Source: Pelagomonas calceolata
Taxonomy: Eukaryota
Direction of reading: 5' to 3'
Assembly: GCA_918797485.1 (NCBI GenBank)
Contig: CAKKNE010000001.1
Location: forward strand, 4,402,001 to 4,466,000
DNA: 64,000 bases
The notes beneath the pieces are model-generated. The model worked only from the letters and a program-made list of their open reading frames with translations, did no database searches and had not been told where the DNA came from. Of the stretch, positions 1 to 11,036 are shown piece after piece. The stretch's first letter is position 1; every line of letters begins with the position of its first letter. The position numbers and the translations under genes were made by a program.

Positions 1-525
1 AGTCCGGATTTACAAAGGCTCATGGGCGATGCCGACATCCGCAAGGCCTTCTTCGGCGATCCTCGACGAGAACGCCTGGGCTGCGCCATCCGAAATGGTG
101 TGGATACGCAAGTCGCGGAACGAGCGTCTTCCGGGCTAGAGGGCGACGCGCCGCAGCGCGGCCTCGCCGACGTCTGCGGGCGGCTCCTGCAGGGCGCGCC
201 CTACGCCAAGAGGAAACGGCTGCAGAAGTCCTTCGGCTTCTACCGGCAGCGCGCGGAGGCCTCGCTGCGCCACAGCCGCCACTGGCTGTCCACGGACCAG
301 CGGCGCTACGCGGCGGCGGACGCGTGGGCGACGCTGGCGGTCTATAAAAAGCTGGAGACTTGCGGGGCGACGTTCGAGCTCCACGACGTCGCGGCGGAGG
401 CGCCGTCGCCGGACCGGCAGCGCGGGCGGCCCGTCGCCCACACGTCGCGCGCCGACGACCTGCGGGCGTTTGTTAATAGAAGCCTCGCCGGCCAGACCGG
501 GACGCATACACGTTTCAATGAGTAA
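1..525 (+). CDS. 3'-5' exonuclease (DnaQ/WRN-like) domain protein, 5'-partial
   Basis: Frame is open from base 1. GLADVC..L and W-LSTDQRRYAAADAWATLAVYKKL resemble the ExoIII motif (YAAxD). Confidence 0.65.
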   Translation, partial: SPDLQRLMGDADIRKAFFGDPRRERLGCAIRNGVDTQVAERASSGLEGDAPQRGLADVCGRLLQGAPYAKRKRLQKSFGFYRQRAEASLRHSRHWLSTDQRRYAAADAWATLAVYKKLETCGATFELHDVAAEAPSPDRQRGRPVAHTSRADDLRAFVNRSLAGQTGTHTRFNE

Positions 526-544
526 AGAACAACTGTTGACTTAA

Positions 545-2362
545 TCACATGACGAGCCGCATGAGCGCCTCCTCGAGCTCCTCCGGCGGCACCCCCGCGT
601 CAATTTGCCTCTGGAAGTCAGCTCTCAGGTCCGGCGGGAGCTGTGCCAGGATCTCCCCCACAACATCACCACCACCACCTCCACCCCGGAACACGACGCG
701 GCCCTGCTGCTGCTGTTGCGCGCGCTGATAAGCCTCAACAGTCAACAACGAATCATCAAACCCCTCGGCGGCGTCGGGCCCGAGCTGCGGGAGGTCGTCG
801 GCGAAGACTTCGACCGGCACGCGCGCGTACTTCACGAGCGCCGTCCGCGACCACGCGGCGTCGACGACCGCCAGCGTTTGCGTGGAGGCCTTGCCGGGCC
901 CCAGCCGCTTGATGAGTGCCGCGGCGCCGTCGTGGAGCAATTTCAGAGCGTCCGGCTCGGCCCACAATTTTCTCCCCCTGATACACGCGGCGTCCAACGC
1001 GAGCTCGTATGCGCCCACGGCGTAGGCCTGGGCTAAGCAATTTCTACGTGTCTGCTTCCGGAAGTGCTCGTGCAGCACGACCTCGCGGAAATCATAAGAA
1101 GTCGTGAAGTCCTGGTTCGGGTTCACGCCGCACGCGCCGAGCATGTTCGTCAGGAGGTGAGGATGTGCTGCTAACGCATCAGCGACGGCGTTCACCGCCC
1201 TGGTTCTTTTTGCTTTGCGGTCACCCGGCACTCTCAACAAAGCTAGCGCCCTATTTAACGCGAGGCCCGGCAGTAATCTTGTACTAGAATCGTGCGTGAC
1301 GTGCGGTGACATGTGTTTACGTGGCGCATCGTCAAACACGTCGGCCGGCGGCATGGATACTACAGTGAGCGGACTCTCGAACAAAGCCAGGACCGCTTCG
1401 GCGTCGCCCGCCTGCAGTAAATCCGCGTCCAACCTCAACAAAACGCCGCAGGGGTCGCCCCACGGATCCAGCGCGAGCAGGAAGCGTAGTAAATTCGCCG
1501 CCGTCTCCGGCGCGCCGCTCGACGATGCCACTCTAGCTCGGACATGCAAAGCCTTGAAGAATAGTGCTGACTCGCCGGCACAAGCATCAACACGTAATTT
1601 GACGCTCTTGACCAAATCTCTAGTTCGCTCGGAGCCCGCGTTGAGCGCGACCTCGTACGCCGTCGTCGCTCGCCGCAGAAGCGGCTCGGCGAGCTCCTTG
1701 CGCCCGACGCGGAGCGCAAAGGTCGCCAATGCTACGAGGGGCGGCGCGTGGTACGGCCGTTCGGCGACGCGCTGGGCGAGGTAGTTCGGGTCACCCGCGG
1801 TCGACTCGGCGGTAGCTTGGGCGTAGGCGTCGGAGGCCTCGAAGACGTGCCACTGTTCGTGCGGCCGCGCCCGGCCGGGACTCCGTTTGACGCAGCGCAG
1901 GCCGCCCTTGCCGTAGGTCGGAGCTATGCCGTAGCCGTCGGGCGGCGCGCCGAGCAGGCTCCGTCTTGTTTGTAAGCCGCGCCGCTTGCCGACGCTCGAG
2001 CCCAACGCGGCCGCGACCTCCTTCGCCGTGTCGACCCTTCCAAACTCGAAGCGCAGGTAGGGCGGCGCGGTTGTCGTTGTTGTTGTTGTGGCGCCGCCCT
2101 CCTTTCTTGTTTCCGCGATGGCTGCGTCCAACGCTGCCTCCGTGGCGTCGTCGTCCTCGGCTGGTGGTGCTGGCGGCTGCTTCTTCTTCTTCTTTTTGCG
2201 TTTTTGTTGCGCTTTTGGCGGCGGCGGCGGCGCCTTCGGTAGCACGGGCTCGTCGTCGTCGCTGCTGCTGCTTTCAGAGGAATCGTCGCCGAGCAGCGCG
2301 CCGAAGGATGGCTTTTGCTGCGGCGCTTCTTCTTCGCTCGAGTCGCTGTCGCTGTCTGACAT
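545..2362 (-). CDS. TCF25/Rqc1-like ribosome quality control protein
   Basis: Acidic/basic N-terminus; PYH motif and LLALDPWGDPCGVLLRLD motif typical of TCF25/DUF654. Confidence 0.7.
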   Translation of the reverse strand: MSDSDSDSSEEEAPQQKPSFGALLGDDSSESSSSDDDEPVLPKAPPPPPKAQQKRKKKKKKQPPAPPAEDDDATEAALDAAIAETRKEGGATTTTTTTAPPYLRFEFGRVDTAKEVAAALGSSVGKRRGLQTRRSLLGAPPDGYGIAPTYGKGGLRCVKRSPGRARPHEQWHVFEASDAYAQATAESTAGDPNYLAQRVAERPYHAPPLVALATFALRVGRKELAEPLLRRATTAYEVALNAGSERTRDLVKSVKLRVDACAGESALFFKALHVRARVASSSGAPETAANLLRFLLALDPWGDPCGVLLRLDADLLQAGDAEAVLALFESPLTVVSMPPADVFDDAPRKHMSPHVTHDSSTRLLPGLALNRALALLRVPGDRKAKRTRAVNAVADALAAHPHLLTNMLGACGVNPNQDFTTSYDFREVVLHEHFRKQTRRNCLAQAYAVGAYELALDAACIRGRKLWAEPDALKLLHDGAAALIKRLGPGKASTQTLAVVDAAWSRTALVKYARVPVEVFADDLPQLGPDAAEGFDDSLLTVEAYQRAQQQQQGRVVFRGGGGGGDVVGEILAQLPPDLRADFQRQIDAGVPPEELEEALMRLVM

Positions 2363-3021
2363 GACTTTGATCGCTGCGTGTAAGAGAGGCTGTCGCGGCG
2401 ATGTGAGAGCTGCTTTGACTAGGCGGCTCTACCACCAGAAGCGATTGTCCTCTGCCTTCGTAAGTACGAGTAGGTCCACTGACGACTTTCGCCTTATACT
2501 CAAATGTCGTATGCTCGTAGTAGAGCCGGCGCAAACGCTGTCGACGTAGAAACCCGCGAGCTCAGAGGCTCGGGGCTCAATCGCTAGTGATTTAGCTTTA
2601 GCTTTGTCTCGAGCCGGCGCGTCGGCAAAAACTGCAGCTAGCGTGCTGTAACACACTAGTAAGCACCTTGCGCTTAGTCCAGCGGACGGGTGGGCCCGGG
2701 GGGAGCGGGAGGGGTACGGGGAACCCCGCGACGTAACTAGCCTGAGCCTGAGCACCGCAATCGTCCACGCCATCGAGCAGGCGTTGTAGCCGTACGACGA
2801 TGACAGGTGACTAAGATTCCACATAACTTTACTACTACAAGCAGCGATTGGGAGTTGGAGTCAGCGTTGGCCAGCGATATGATCAGCGTTTTGGGAGGGG
2901 GAGGGGTGGATGTGAGATGCTCAGCGGCGCATGTCACACGTCCGAAGGGCGACTCGGAAACCGGGGGGAGGTTCGCAGGGTCGTGTTGATGGGATGTACC
3001 ATTGGAGTTTTCGATATGAAT

Positions 3022-4386
3022 TCAGGGCGCCTTGACGCCGAGGCCCGTGAGCGACGGCTTGACCGTGCACGCCTCGAGGAAGCTTGAGACCGACGCCGCC
3101 TTCGCGCGGTCGTCCGGGTTGAAGGCCCACATTTTTTCTATGAGCGCTCGGATGGCCTTGGGCGTCCGACTGAACGCGGGCCGCGCGCCGGAGTTGATGG
3201 CCGCGCGGTGCTCGTCTACATTCAAAGCGCCCTTGACGCTCGGCAGCTTGCGCTCCCAGACGTAGTAGAAGACGAGGCCCAGGCTGAAGATGTCGGCCTG
3301 TTCCCTGTATTTCCTTCTGGCCACGTCCGGCGCCGGGGACGCGACTTCCGGCGCCATGAAGCGCGCCGTGCCGCACTCGGTCGTGAGCTCGTACTCGCTT
3401 CCCGTAATGTCGAGGGGCCCGCGCGACGAGTCGAGGTCGCCCGCGGCCGCGCGCGCCTCCTTGGCCGACGCGGGGAAGTGGGTTTTCCCGCCCGGGGACG
3501 ACAGCTTCGACGACGACGAGACCCGCGGGATGCCGCCGCCCGATGCGTCGAGCCGCGCCCGTGGCGAGTTCAAATTGCGCGCGATGCCAAAGTCGCCCAA
3601 TTTGATGCGCAAACATTTACAGACCAGGAAGTTCGGCGGCTTGAGGTCGCGGTGGACGGTGATGTGTGGCTCTCGGCCGTGCAGGTACTCGACGGCGCGC
3701 GCCATGTCCCGGCAGAACTCCAACGTCGTGCGCACGCCCGGCCGCTCCTTGGGCACGTACTGCTCGAGCGACCCGTTCTCGAAGAGCTCGAGGACCAGGA
3801 CGAGCTCGTCGGGGCCCAGCTTCGCGTAGCCCAAAAATTGTGCGATGTTCGGGTGATGCAAGCGGGCCATGAGCCGGATCTCCTTGTGGAACATGTCGAC
3901 GTCGTCGCGCGAGCAGTCGTGGAAGAGCACCTTGACCGCGACGGGCGTGTTGCGCCATTTCGCCGTGTGGACCCTTCCAAACGCACCGGTGCCGATGACC
4001 TCGCGCAGGTCGAGGTCCCGGGCCGAGAGCCGGAAGGGGTCCTCCTCAAAACTCACGCCGTCGAACTTCTCCGACGCGTTGCTGGTTTGCTCGCGCAGCG
4101 CGGCGGGCGAGGCCGGCGGCGACCCCACGGCCCGGCTCGAGCCGGAGGCGCGGAAGTCGATCGGCGCCGCCTGGGGGAGCGGCAAGGAGGACAAGCTGTT
4201 GCTCGACCCGTACGTGAACTTGATGGGCTTCCGCAGCGTCCCGGGCGGGGTCCCGTCTTGTTTGCTGGGCGTCAGCACGTCGGACAGCGCCGGCTCGAGG
4301 CCGTCGATGTCGCCGTCGGCGCCGCGCGGCGTCTCCTTCGGTAACCTTGCATCCGTGGGTGGCGAGGGCGTGCGGATGCTCTCCAT
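3022..4386 (-). CDS. TKL-type Ser/Thr protein kinase
   Basis: IGTGAFG, VAVK, HRDLKPPN, DFG, GTARFMAPE and DIFSLG kinase motifs. Confidence 0.92.
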   Translation of the reverse strand: MESIRTPSPPTDARLPKETPRGADGDIDGLEPALSDVLTPSKQDGTPPGTLRKPIKFTYGSSNSLSSLPLPQAAPIDFRASGSSRAVGSPPASPAALREQTSNASEKFDGVSFEEDPFRLSARDLDLREVIGTGAFGRVHTAKWRNTPVAVKVLFHDCSRDDVDMFHKEIRLMARLHHPNIAQFLGYAKLGPDELVLVLELFENGSLEQYVPKERPGVRTTLEFCRDMARAVEYLHGREPHITVHRDLKPPNFLVCKCLRIKLGDFGIARNLNSPRARLDASGGGIPRVSSSSKLSSPGGKTHFPASAKEARAAAGDLDSSRGPLDITGSEYELTTECGTARFMAPEVASPAPDVARRKYREQADIFSLGLVFYYVWERKLPSVKGALNVDEHRAAINSGARPAFSRTPKAIRALIEKMWAFNPDDRAKAASVSSFLEACTVKPSLTGLGVKAP

Positions 4387-4860
4387 GGCGCCGCGGCGGC
4401 CGCGCGCGGCAAGTGATATGCACCCCTAAAAGCGTCAAAGCGCAGAAGATCGCTGCCACCAGGAAATTAGGTATAGCTCAGCAACACAACGCGCGGGGGT
4501 TTTACAATGGTGCGTGTGATTTTTGAGCGTTCCTGCGACCAACGCGCTGATCTGCTGCTGGCCGCGCCGCCCGTTAGGCCCCCTCGTAACAATCCGATGC
4601 GGACCCCGACGGCAGAGGTCGAGATGTCGAGGGGCCCCGCAACCAGGAATTGGGGGAAGTCAATGGTGCCGTACGGCGACCTCATAAAATCCACAAAAGA
4701 TGACTAAGGGGTGATGCTTCTCGGTGGCTCGCTCCGGAGGCGGCATGTTCCGCTTACACAGCCGCGAGCGGAGCGGGCGCGCGACGAAAGCACATACAAG
4801 CTCGTAGGCCCCGACGCCGTCGACGCGACGCAATTCACGGGCACATTACGAGGGCACTAC

Positions 4861-6050
4861 CTAGATGCGGTAGAACGCCTCCGCCGTCCCCGCAAACACC
4901 ATAGCCTGCGCCTCCGCGTCCAAGCCGAGCGGCCCGTCGCACCAGCCCTGGAACTTTTCGTAGAGCTCCGTCATCGTCGGCTGGCACTCGTCGCAGTAGT
5001 CCGCGTTCGACGACGCCCCCGACCCGTGCCAGTTCGACGCGAACATGCAGCGCTCCGGCCCGAAGAGCGCCAGCAGCTCCTTGACGAGCCCGACCACGAT
5101 TGCCTCCTTGGCCGCGTCGTCGGTCCAGCCGGGCACGAGGAAGCCGAGCATGGACAGCTTGACGCGGACCTGGGGGAGCTTCGCGAGCTGCGTGACGCCC
5201 GCCCGCCACGCTTCAATTTTCGCGGCGTCCGCGCTGCCACCATCCAACTTCCTTACTTTCCCCGCGTGGTCGAGCACGACGGGAATGTCGGGGTGGCGCG
5301 CTAATAAAGCCGCGGCCGCCGGCAGCTGCGCCGGCGCGCACTGCAGGTCGTACCTGTGTGGAAATCAAAAGTTTACGGTGCGTTCATCGTCGCGTCGTCC
5401 TCCACGCCATCGACGCGACGCCTGCTCGATGGCGTGGTGGTGCTCGTTCCTCGCCGCTCGACCGAGCCAGGACGGCCGCGCCATCGCCGAGAAATCGCAC
5501 TGGTTGATTTCCACGCAGGGTCGTACGAGAGGCCATGTTTAGCTAATAAGGAGAAGCCGCGCTCGAAGTCCGAAGCCTCGGGCCCCCGCAAGTAGTCCTT
5601 GCCGTGGCGCGACACCTCGGGGTGCGTCCCGTTGTCTTCTCCCCACGGGCCGTCGTAATCGATGATGTAGCGCACGCCTTTCACTAAGTCTGATGTTTTC
5701 ACGAGCGCTTCGAGTTTTTGTGCAGCGTCGGGCGCCGCCAGATCTACCTTGCCCACGATGGCCTTGACCGTCGGGGCCCTTCCCTCCTTGATCAGCGACG
5801 CGACCCACGCGGCCTCGGCCACACCGTCGTCGGGCAGCGCCTCGACGTGGACGCTCTTCACAATGTTCAATTGTGATTTGTCCTTGACGTACTCCTCCGG
5901 CGGGTAGTCGGGCGCGCCCAGCTTTCTTAAAAATCCGGAGTGGCCGCCGGGGCCCGCTTCCACGGACGGCGTGTAGAAGTGGTGGTGCGGGTCCACGATT
6001 CTTTGTGGTACTTTCTTTGACATGCCGAAGCACTGGCGGATGAATTGCAT
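4861..6050 (-). CDS. Amidohydrolase_2 family (L-fuconolactonase-like) protein; exons 6050-5527 and 5353-4861
   Basis: DPHHHF metal motif, VVLDHAG, VKLS and FGPERCMFASNW. The two ORFs join in frame (GLSYDLQC) after removing GT-AG intron 5526-5354. Confidence 0.88.
5346..5526 (-). mobile_element. Introner (intron-generating MITE) with 14-bp TIR and 8-bp TSD
   Basis: TSD GGTCGTAC at 5346-5353 and 5519-5526; TIR CTGTGTGGAAATCA (5354) / TGATTTCCACGCAG (ends 5518). Confidence 0.9.
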
Positions 6051-6540
6051 CTATTTGTGGGCTGCTCTCTTGTTTTTGCTCTCTCTCTACTGAGAGCTGC
6101 TGCGGCGGCGGCGAACGTTGGCTGCTGATTTATGCAGTGCGGATGGCTACTTTCGCGCCTCCAACGATGTGAATACGTCGTCGACGGGCGCGGGACGGCA
6201 GCCAATCTCTCGATCCGGCTCCAGAGTGTCGGGTTTCGTGTTTTTCCCGCGGACGGATCTCGTCGTTCGTCCGGGACAGACGACAGTTCCAGACCCCTCG
6301 CGCGCGCATGTAGGCGGGATTCAGCCGCGGCGACGGGAGAGCTTTGAGCTTTGCACAAGGCGAAAGAGCAGGCCTTAAGGAGGCCCCACGCTAACCCACC
6401 AGCTTCCCCAGCAGCACAGAAGACTTTACAGATTGCCACTGCCGCGACGCCGCGGTGCTTCACGCACTAGCAGGGCTAAAAGAGCTGGGTAGCAGTACAG
6501 CAAAACAAGCAAGACTCGCACGCAGCCGCGACAAGCTACG

Positions 6541-7533
6541 ATGTCGCGCCGCACGCGCGCCTCCGCCGCGAAGAAGAAGGAGGCGCCGCCCGCGCCCAAG
6601 ATCGAGGAACCGGTGCCGGGGCCCGCGCCGAGCCCGACGCCCGAGGAGCAGGCGCAGCCGCCCGCGCGGCCGCGGCGGCGGCGCGAGCAGTCCGAGGCCT
6701 CGGCCTTCCTCTCGAAGACCTACGCCATGATCAGCGCGCTCGACGGCGTCGTCGGCGGCTGGTCGAAGAACGGCGACACGATGGTCATCTTCGACTCGGA
6801 GAAGTTCGCGGCCGAGATCATCCCGCAGTACTTCAAGCACAACAACTTCCGGAGCTTCGTGCGGCAGCTGAACTTCTACGGCTTCCGGAAACTGCGCGCC
6901 GACGCGAACGCGGGCCCGGCGGCGCAGGCGCGGTGGGAGTTCAAGCACCCGAATTTCAGGAGGGGCCGCCACGACCTGCTGGTGCTGATCCGCCGCGCGG
7001 AGCACTACGACCACGGCGGCCCCGACGCGGCGGCGCAGCGCGCGCGGCAGGCCGAACTCGAACGGGAGGTCGCGGACCTGCGGTCCAAGGTCGCGAACCT
7101 GACGGAGACGCTCGACAAGGTCGTGGGCGTGCTGGCGTCGCAAGGTCTAGGCTTGGACGGCGAGCACCTGCCGCCCCTCAAGAAGCCGCGCTACGACCGC
7201 CAGGACTCGGAGCAGCTCTTCCTGGAGCGGCTGCCGTCTTCCGTAAGAGGCGTGGCGCCGCTCGACTTCGCGCCGCACTCGCTCGACGGCCTCGCGACCT
7301 CGCCGCGGCTCGCGGACGCGCGGGGCCTCGAGGGCCAGCCGCTGCGGCGGTTCGGCGCCGAGGCCGTGCCGGGGCCGGCGCCGGCGGAGTCGACGCCGGC
7401 GCAGCAGGCGCGGAGCCTCGAGGGGCGGCCGCTCGGGCGGCTCCCGTCGGGCGACATCGCGCTGAACTCGTTCGAGGGCTCGCGCCTCGAGTCGCTGATC
7501 CGGACGCTGTCGGAGGAGCGGGCGCCGGCCTAG
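6541..7533 (+). CDS. HSF-type DNA-binding transcription factor
   Basis: FLSKTY..W..FKHNNFRSFVRQLNFYGFRK..WEFKHPNFRRG, followed by a coiled coil. Confidence 0.93.
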   Translation: MSRRTRASAAKKKEAPPAPKIEEPVPGPAPSPTPEEQAQPPARPRRRREQSEASAFLSKTYAMISALDGVVGGWSKNGDTMVIFDSEKFAAEIIPQYFKHNNFRSFVRQLNFYGFRKLRADANAGPAAQARWEFKHPNFRRGRHDLLVLIRRAEHYDHGGPDAAAQRARQAELEREVADLRSKVANLTETLDKVVGVLASQGLGLDGEHLPPLKKPRYDRQDSEQLFLERLPSSVRGVAPLDFAPHSLDGLATSPRLADARGLEGQPLRRFGAEAVPGPAPAESTPAQQARSLEGRPLGRLPSGDIALNSFEGSRLESLIRTLSEERAPA

Positions 7534-7621
7534 TTTTATGGGGCGGCCCTTGGCTAAGCTACCTAGTACTCTGACGCGCTCTAACTCCGACCGGGTCCTT
7601 CGCACTACAATCGTCCTCTTC

Positions 7622-8752
7622 TTACACCGGCAGCGGCGTTTCGCGGGCGCGGAGCGCGGCCCGGGCGTTTCGCAAGTTTTTCTCCAAAGCTGTCGTCTCT
7701 GGGTGCGAACCGCCAAAAACGCGCCGCGCGATCCGTTCCGTGTCCTCGAGCGTCGTCACGGCCTTACGGATATCGTCGAGCGTGGCGCCCCCGGGGTCAT
7801 TGCAGAGGGCCGCCGCGTAATTCTGTCTCATCTTGAGCGTGACCTCGTGACTCTCTCCGAGAACGCGTCGCGCCACGGGTATTGTCTTGCGCAGCAACGA
7901 TTTGGCTTCTGCGAAGCGTCTTACAGCAAAAAGGTCACTCGCGTAATTGTATGCTTCTCTGAGGGATTCTTTATGTTCATCGCCATAGATCTTCACAAAA
8001 CCAGAGTATACTACCTGTCGCAGTGACATGACCTCTTCAAGCCGTCCAAGCGCTCGATACGTGGTCGCAAGATTAGTCTGCACGAAGAGAATGTGTTCTT
8101 CTGTTCCCCCAAGGCGCCGCAGCATAGACAACTCGGCCTCCCTCACGGACAACGCGTCCTCGTGCTGGTTTGCAGCAATTAAACCGTTCCCAAGCTGGTT
8201 TATTGCACCTCTCCGACACCAGTTCTTCTCCGGCCGTCCTAGGTACGTTTTCCAGCAGCCCCATCCAAGCGCGCACTTTACGACGCTGTGATAGTCTTGT
8301 TTGCATAGGCTACATACATTCCATCGATCCCACCTCGCCTGTATCGCATCAACGCCCAAATTGTTCTCCACGGCCTCCGCGACCAAAATCTTCGCCTGCT
8401 CGGCCAAACACGACACGTGTGCGAAGCCCGCCGTCCCGCGGCACGCACACATGCGCACGAGTCCCTCCTTCGTCTTCCAATGGAGGGCCTGCGTGCAGAT
8501 GTAGCACGTCTGCCCTTTCACGTCGTCCGCGCACGCCTCGACCGCGACCGCGACGGCCTCCTTGTATTTTTTGTCTGCATTATACTGTTCTGCGTTGCCG
8601 CCGCGGTGTATTTTCTTGCACATCTGCTTGTGGCCGCGGCGCCAGTGGTCATGTTGGCAAGTCGAGTCACAATAGCGGGTCCAACATCTAACGCATCGCG
8701 GCGCGTTGTGGGCCAGTGGGGCGGCGCAGGCGGCGCAAGTTGTGAGGATCAT
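7622..8752 (-). CDS. MYND zinc finger + RING-CH + TPR (kinesin-light-chain-like) protein
   Basis: CAAC..CVRC..YC..CQ..HW..H..C; CYIC..CACRGTAGFAHVSCL; TPR repeats such as RRVLGESHEVT. Confidence 0.85.
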   Translation of the reverse strand: MILTTCAACAAPLAHNAPRCVRCWTRYCDSTCQHDHWRRGHKQMCKKIHRGGNAEQYNADKKYKEAVAVAVEACADDVKGQTCYICTQALHWKTKEGLVRMCACRGTAGFAHVSCLAEQAKILVAEAVENNLGVDAIQARWDRWNVCSLCKQDYHSVVKCALGWGCWKTYLGRPEKNWCRRGAINQLGNGLIAANQHEDALSVREAELSMLRRLGGTEEHILFVQTNLATTYRALGRLEEVMSLRQVVYSGFVKIYGDEHKESLREAYNYASDLFAVRRFAEAKSLLRKTIPVARRVLGESHEVTLKMRQNYAAALCNDPGGATLDDIRKAVTTLEDTERIARRVFGGSHPETTALEKNLRNARAALRARETPLPV

Positions 8753-8995
8753 CTGCGTTTGGCCCGGAGGAACAGCGCGTTTTGTGAGTTGAAAAAAGCA
8801 GGTTTTGTCAGCTCACTTTGCCGCAGTCACACACGGGTTACGCGCCCTATAGGGATATAGAGGAAGGCACAGGCCTGGTCCGACTCCTGGACGTTCACGT
8901 TTGAACAGATAGCGCGCGCTCGGAGTAAAAAAATTGGACCTGACACCTGACTGCAATAGTCAATCGGAGACGCCGGCGTCACTCTCAGCTGAGGC

Positions 8996-9785
8996 ATGTC
9001 GCAATCGCTCGGACCCCCCGGGTCGGTCCAAGCGGCTGGGGCCGATAACCGCATGCTCCTCATCAATGGTACCATTGACGACGGCGTCACACAAACCGTG
9101 ATCAAATCCCTCTACGACTTGGCGGCGTTCAGATCCAAAGAAGCGCATCGAGCTGGTGTTGAACAGCCCCGGGGGCTCCGTCGAGGGCGCGTTCATGATT
9201 ATCAATGTGATGGAAACCATCGAGACGCCGGTGCACACGACCGCTCTCGGGAAATGCCATTCGTCCGCCGCGGTGATACTAGCCGCGGGCGAGCCCGGTT
9301 CTCGCGCGGTGCACCAGAACGCGCGCGTCATGATCCACGGCGTCAGGGCGACAGGTTCTATAAATACCACGATAAATAGCAACGCCGACCTCGTGGCCAG
9401 CGCCGACCGCATACAACATGAACTCGACGAAATGAAGCACACGGCCAAGGCGTGGGTCGAGATGCTGGCGCGGCTGACGGGTCAGGACGAGGCGAAGCTG
9501 ACCGAGGACCTGAAGCGCGACAAGTTTCTGACGGCCGCCGAGGCGGTCGATTACGGGCTCGCCGACCTGGTGCGGGCGCCAAATCCGCGCGAGAAGAAGC
9601 GCGCGCGGGAGGGCGACGGCGGCGTTTTTGGGAACGGCGGACGGCGCCTCGGCGGACGTGCGGAGTCCGACGGCAACGACGTCATCGACCTGACCAAGGT
9701 CAAGTCGGAGGCGCCGCCGCCCGCCGAGCCGAGCCCTTCGATCGCGGCTTCCCGGCCGAAACGCGCCGCGGCGCGCAAGAAGTAG
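8996..9785 (+). pseudogene. clpP: ClpP-family protease with a +1 frameshift near 9128 (pseudogene or sequence error)
   Basis: NRMLLINGTIDD..SLYDLAA is in one frame; SDPKKRIELVLNSPGG, GKCHSSAA, VMIH and RDKFLTAAEAVDYGLAD are in the next. One extra T separates them, with no room for an intron. Confidence 0.7.
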
Positions 9786-9841
9786 CGCCGGGTGATTCGT
9801 GCCGCTCGCGCTCCGCCTAAAAATATTATGACTGTACTTTC

Positions 9842-10957
9842 TTACGCAGCTGATGCTTCGCACGCGCTGAGCGCTGCTCGCGACTCTCGCAGGGACTCCT
9901 CAATCGCCAGTGCTCTAGGGTGCGCACCGCCGAGCACGCGCCGCGCGGCCCGTGCCGTCTCCGTGAGAATCTTCACGGCCTCGCGAAGATCATCGGCCGT
10001 GGCGCGTGGAGCCATGTAGAGCGCCCGCGCGTAAATCATCCTGAGCACGAACTTAAGTTGCTCGCTCTCTCCGAGAACACGTTGCGCCGCGGGCGCCAAT
10101 TTGCGCAACAGTGACTTGGCTTCTGCGTAGTGCTGCAGTTCAATAAGAAAGTTCGCGTAGTTGTTGGCCGCCATGAGGGTGTCGCGATGTTCCTCGCCAA
10201 AGATCCTCAGCCGTCCGGAGTATACGTCTCGATACATATTGAGAGCAGCTTCAGCCCGTCCGAGCCTTTGATACGAATTCGCCAGATTACCCTGCGCGAT
10301 GAGTAAGTATTCTTCTGGCGAGTCGTGGTACCGCAGCATAGCCAACTCGGCCTCTCTCACACGCAACGCGCCCTCCTGGTCTTCGGCGCACAAGGCGCTC
10401 CCGAGCACCGTCATCGCACTCATTCGAGCTTTGTTGTTCTCCGCCCGACCCGCGTACGTCTTCCAGCACGCCCACCCCATCGCGCAGAACACGACGCCAT
10501 GGTAGCTTTGCTCGCACAGGCTGCACGTGTGCCACCGCACCCACCTCGGGCTCATATCCAAATGGTTCTCCGCGGCCTCATCACACAAAATCCTCACCTG
10601 CTCCGCCAGGCACGACACGTGCGCGACGCCTGCCGTCCCGCGACACGCGCACCCGCGCACGAGGCCTTCCTTCGTCTTCCAGTGGACGGCTTCCGTGCAG
10701 ATGTAGCACGTCTGGCCCTTCGTGTCCTCCGCGCACGCCTCCGCCGCGACCGCTACGGCCTCCGCGTACTTGGTGTTGGCGTGGTACTGCTCGGCGCCAC
10801 CGCTTTTCCTTATCTTCCTGCAGAGCTTGTCATGGCCTGCTTTCCAGTGCTGCACCTGGCAGGCCGGCCCGCAGTAGCGCGTCTTGCAGCGGCTGCATTG
10901 CTTCGCGGCCCGCGGCGGCAGAGGGGCAGCACAGGCAGGGCATTGAGTGAGGATCAT
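9842..10957 (-). CDS. MYND zinc finger + RING-CH + TPR protein (paralog of 7622-8752)
   Basis: Same architecture and shared segments (MILT.C.ACAAPL, KGQTCYICT, HWKTKEGLVR). Confidence 0.85.
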   Translation of the reverse strand: MILTQCPACAAPLPPRAAKQCSRCKTRYCGPACQVQHWKAGHDKLCRKIRKSGGAEQYHANTKYAEAVAVAAEACAEDTKGQTCYICTEAVHWKTKEGLVRGCACRGTAGVAHVSCLAEQVRILCDEAAENHLDMSPRWVRWHTCSLCEQSYHGVVFCAMGWACWKTYAGRAENNKARMSAMTVLGSALCAEDQEGALRVREAELAMLRYHDSPEEYLLIAQGNLANSYQRLGRAEAALNMYRDVYSGRLRIFGEEHRDTLMAANNYANFLIELQHYAEAKSLLRKLAPAAQRVLGESEQLKFVLRMIYARALYMAPRATADDLREAVKILTETARAARRVLGGAHPRALAIEESLRESRAALSACEASAA

Positions 10958-10981
10958 TCCTTTGCCGCGGGACAGCTCCCG

Positions 10982-11036
10982 TGATGTTGGAACTAGGCAA
11001 GGGGGCGCCGCGGGAGGCGCATTTGGTCAGGATCGT
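10982..11036 (-). pseudogene. Degenerate 5' fragment of a third MYND-family copy
   Basis: Minus strand reads ACG ATC CTG ACC AAA TGC GCC TCC CGC GGC GCC CCC TTG CCT (TILTKCASRGAPLP), versus MILTQCPACAAPLP in the neighbouring gene. Confidence 0.55.

Noticed and set aside
2688..2725. G-rich tract with G-quadruplex potential
   Set aside because: Expected by chance at this GC content, with no further support.
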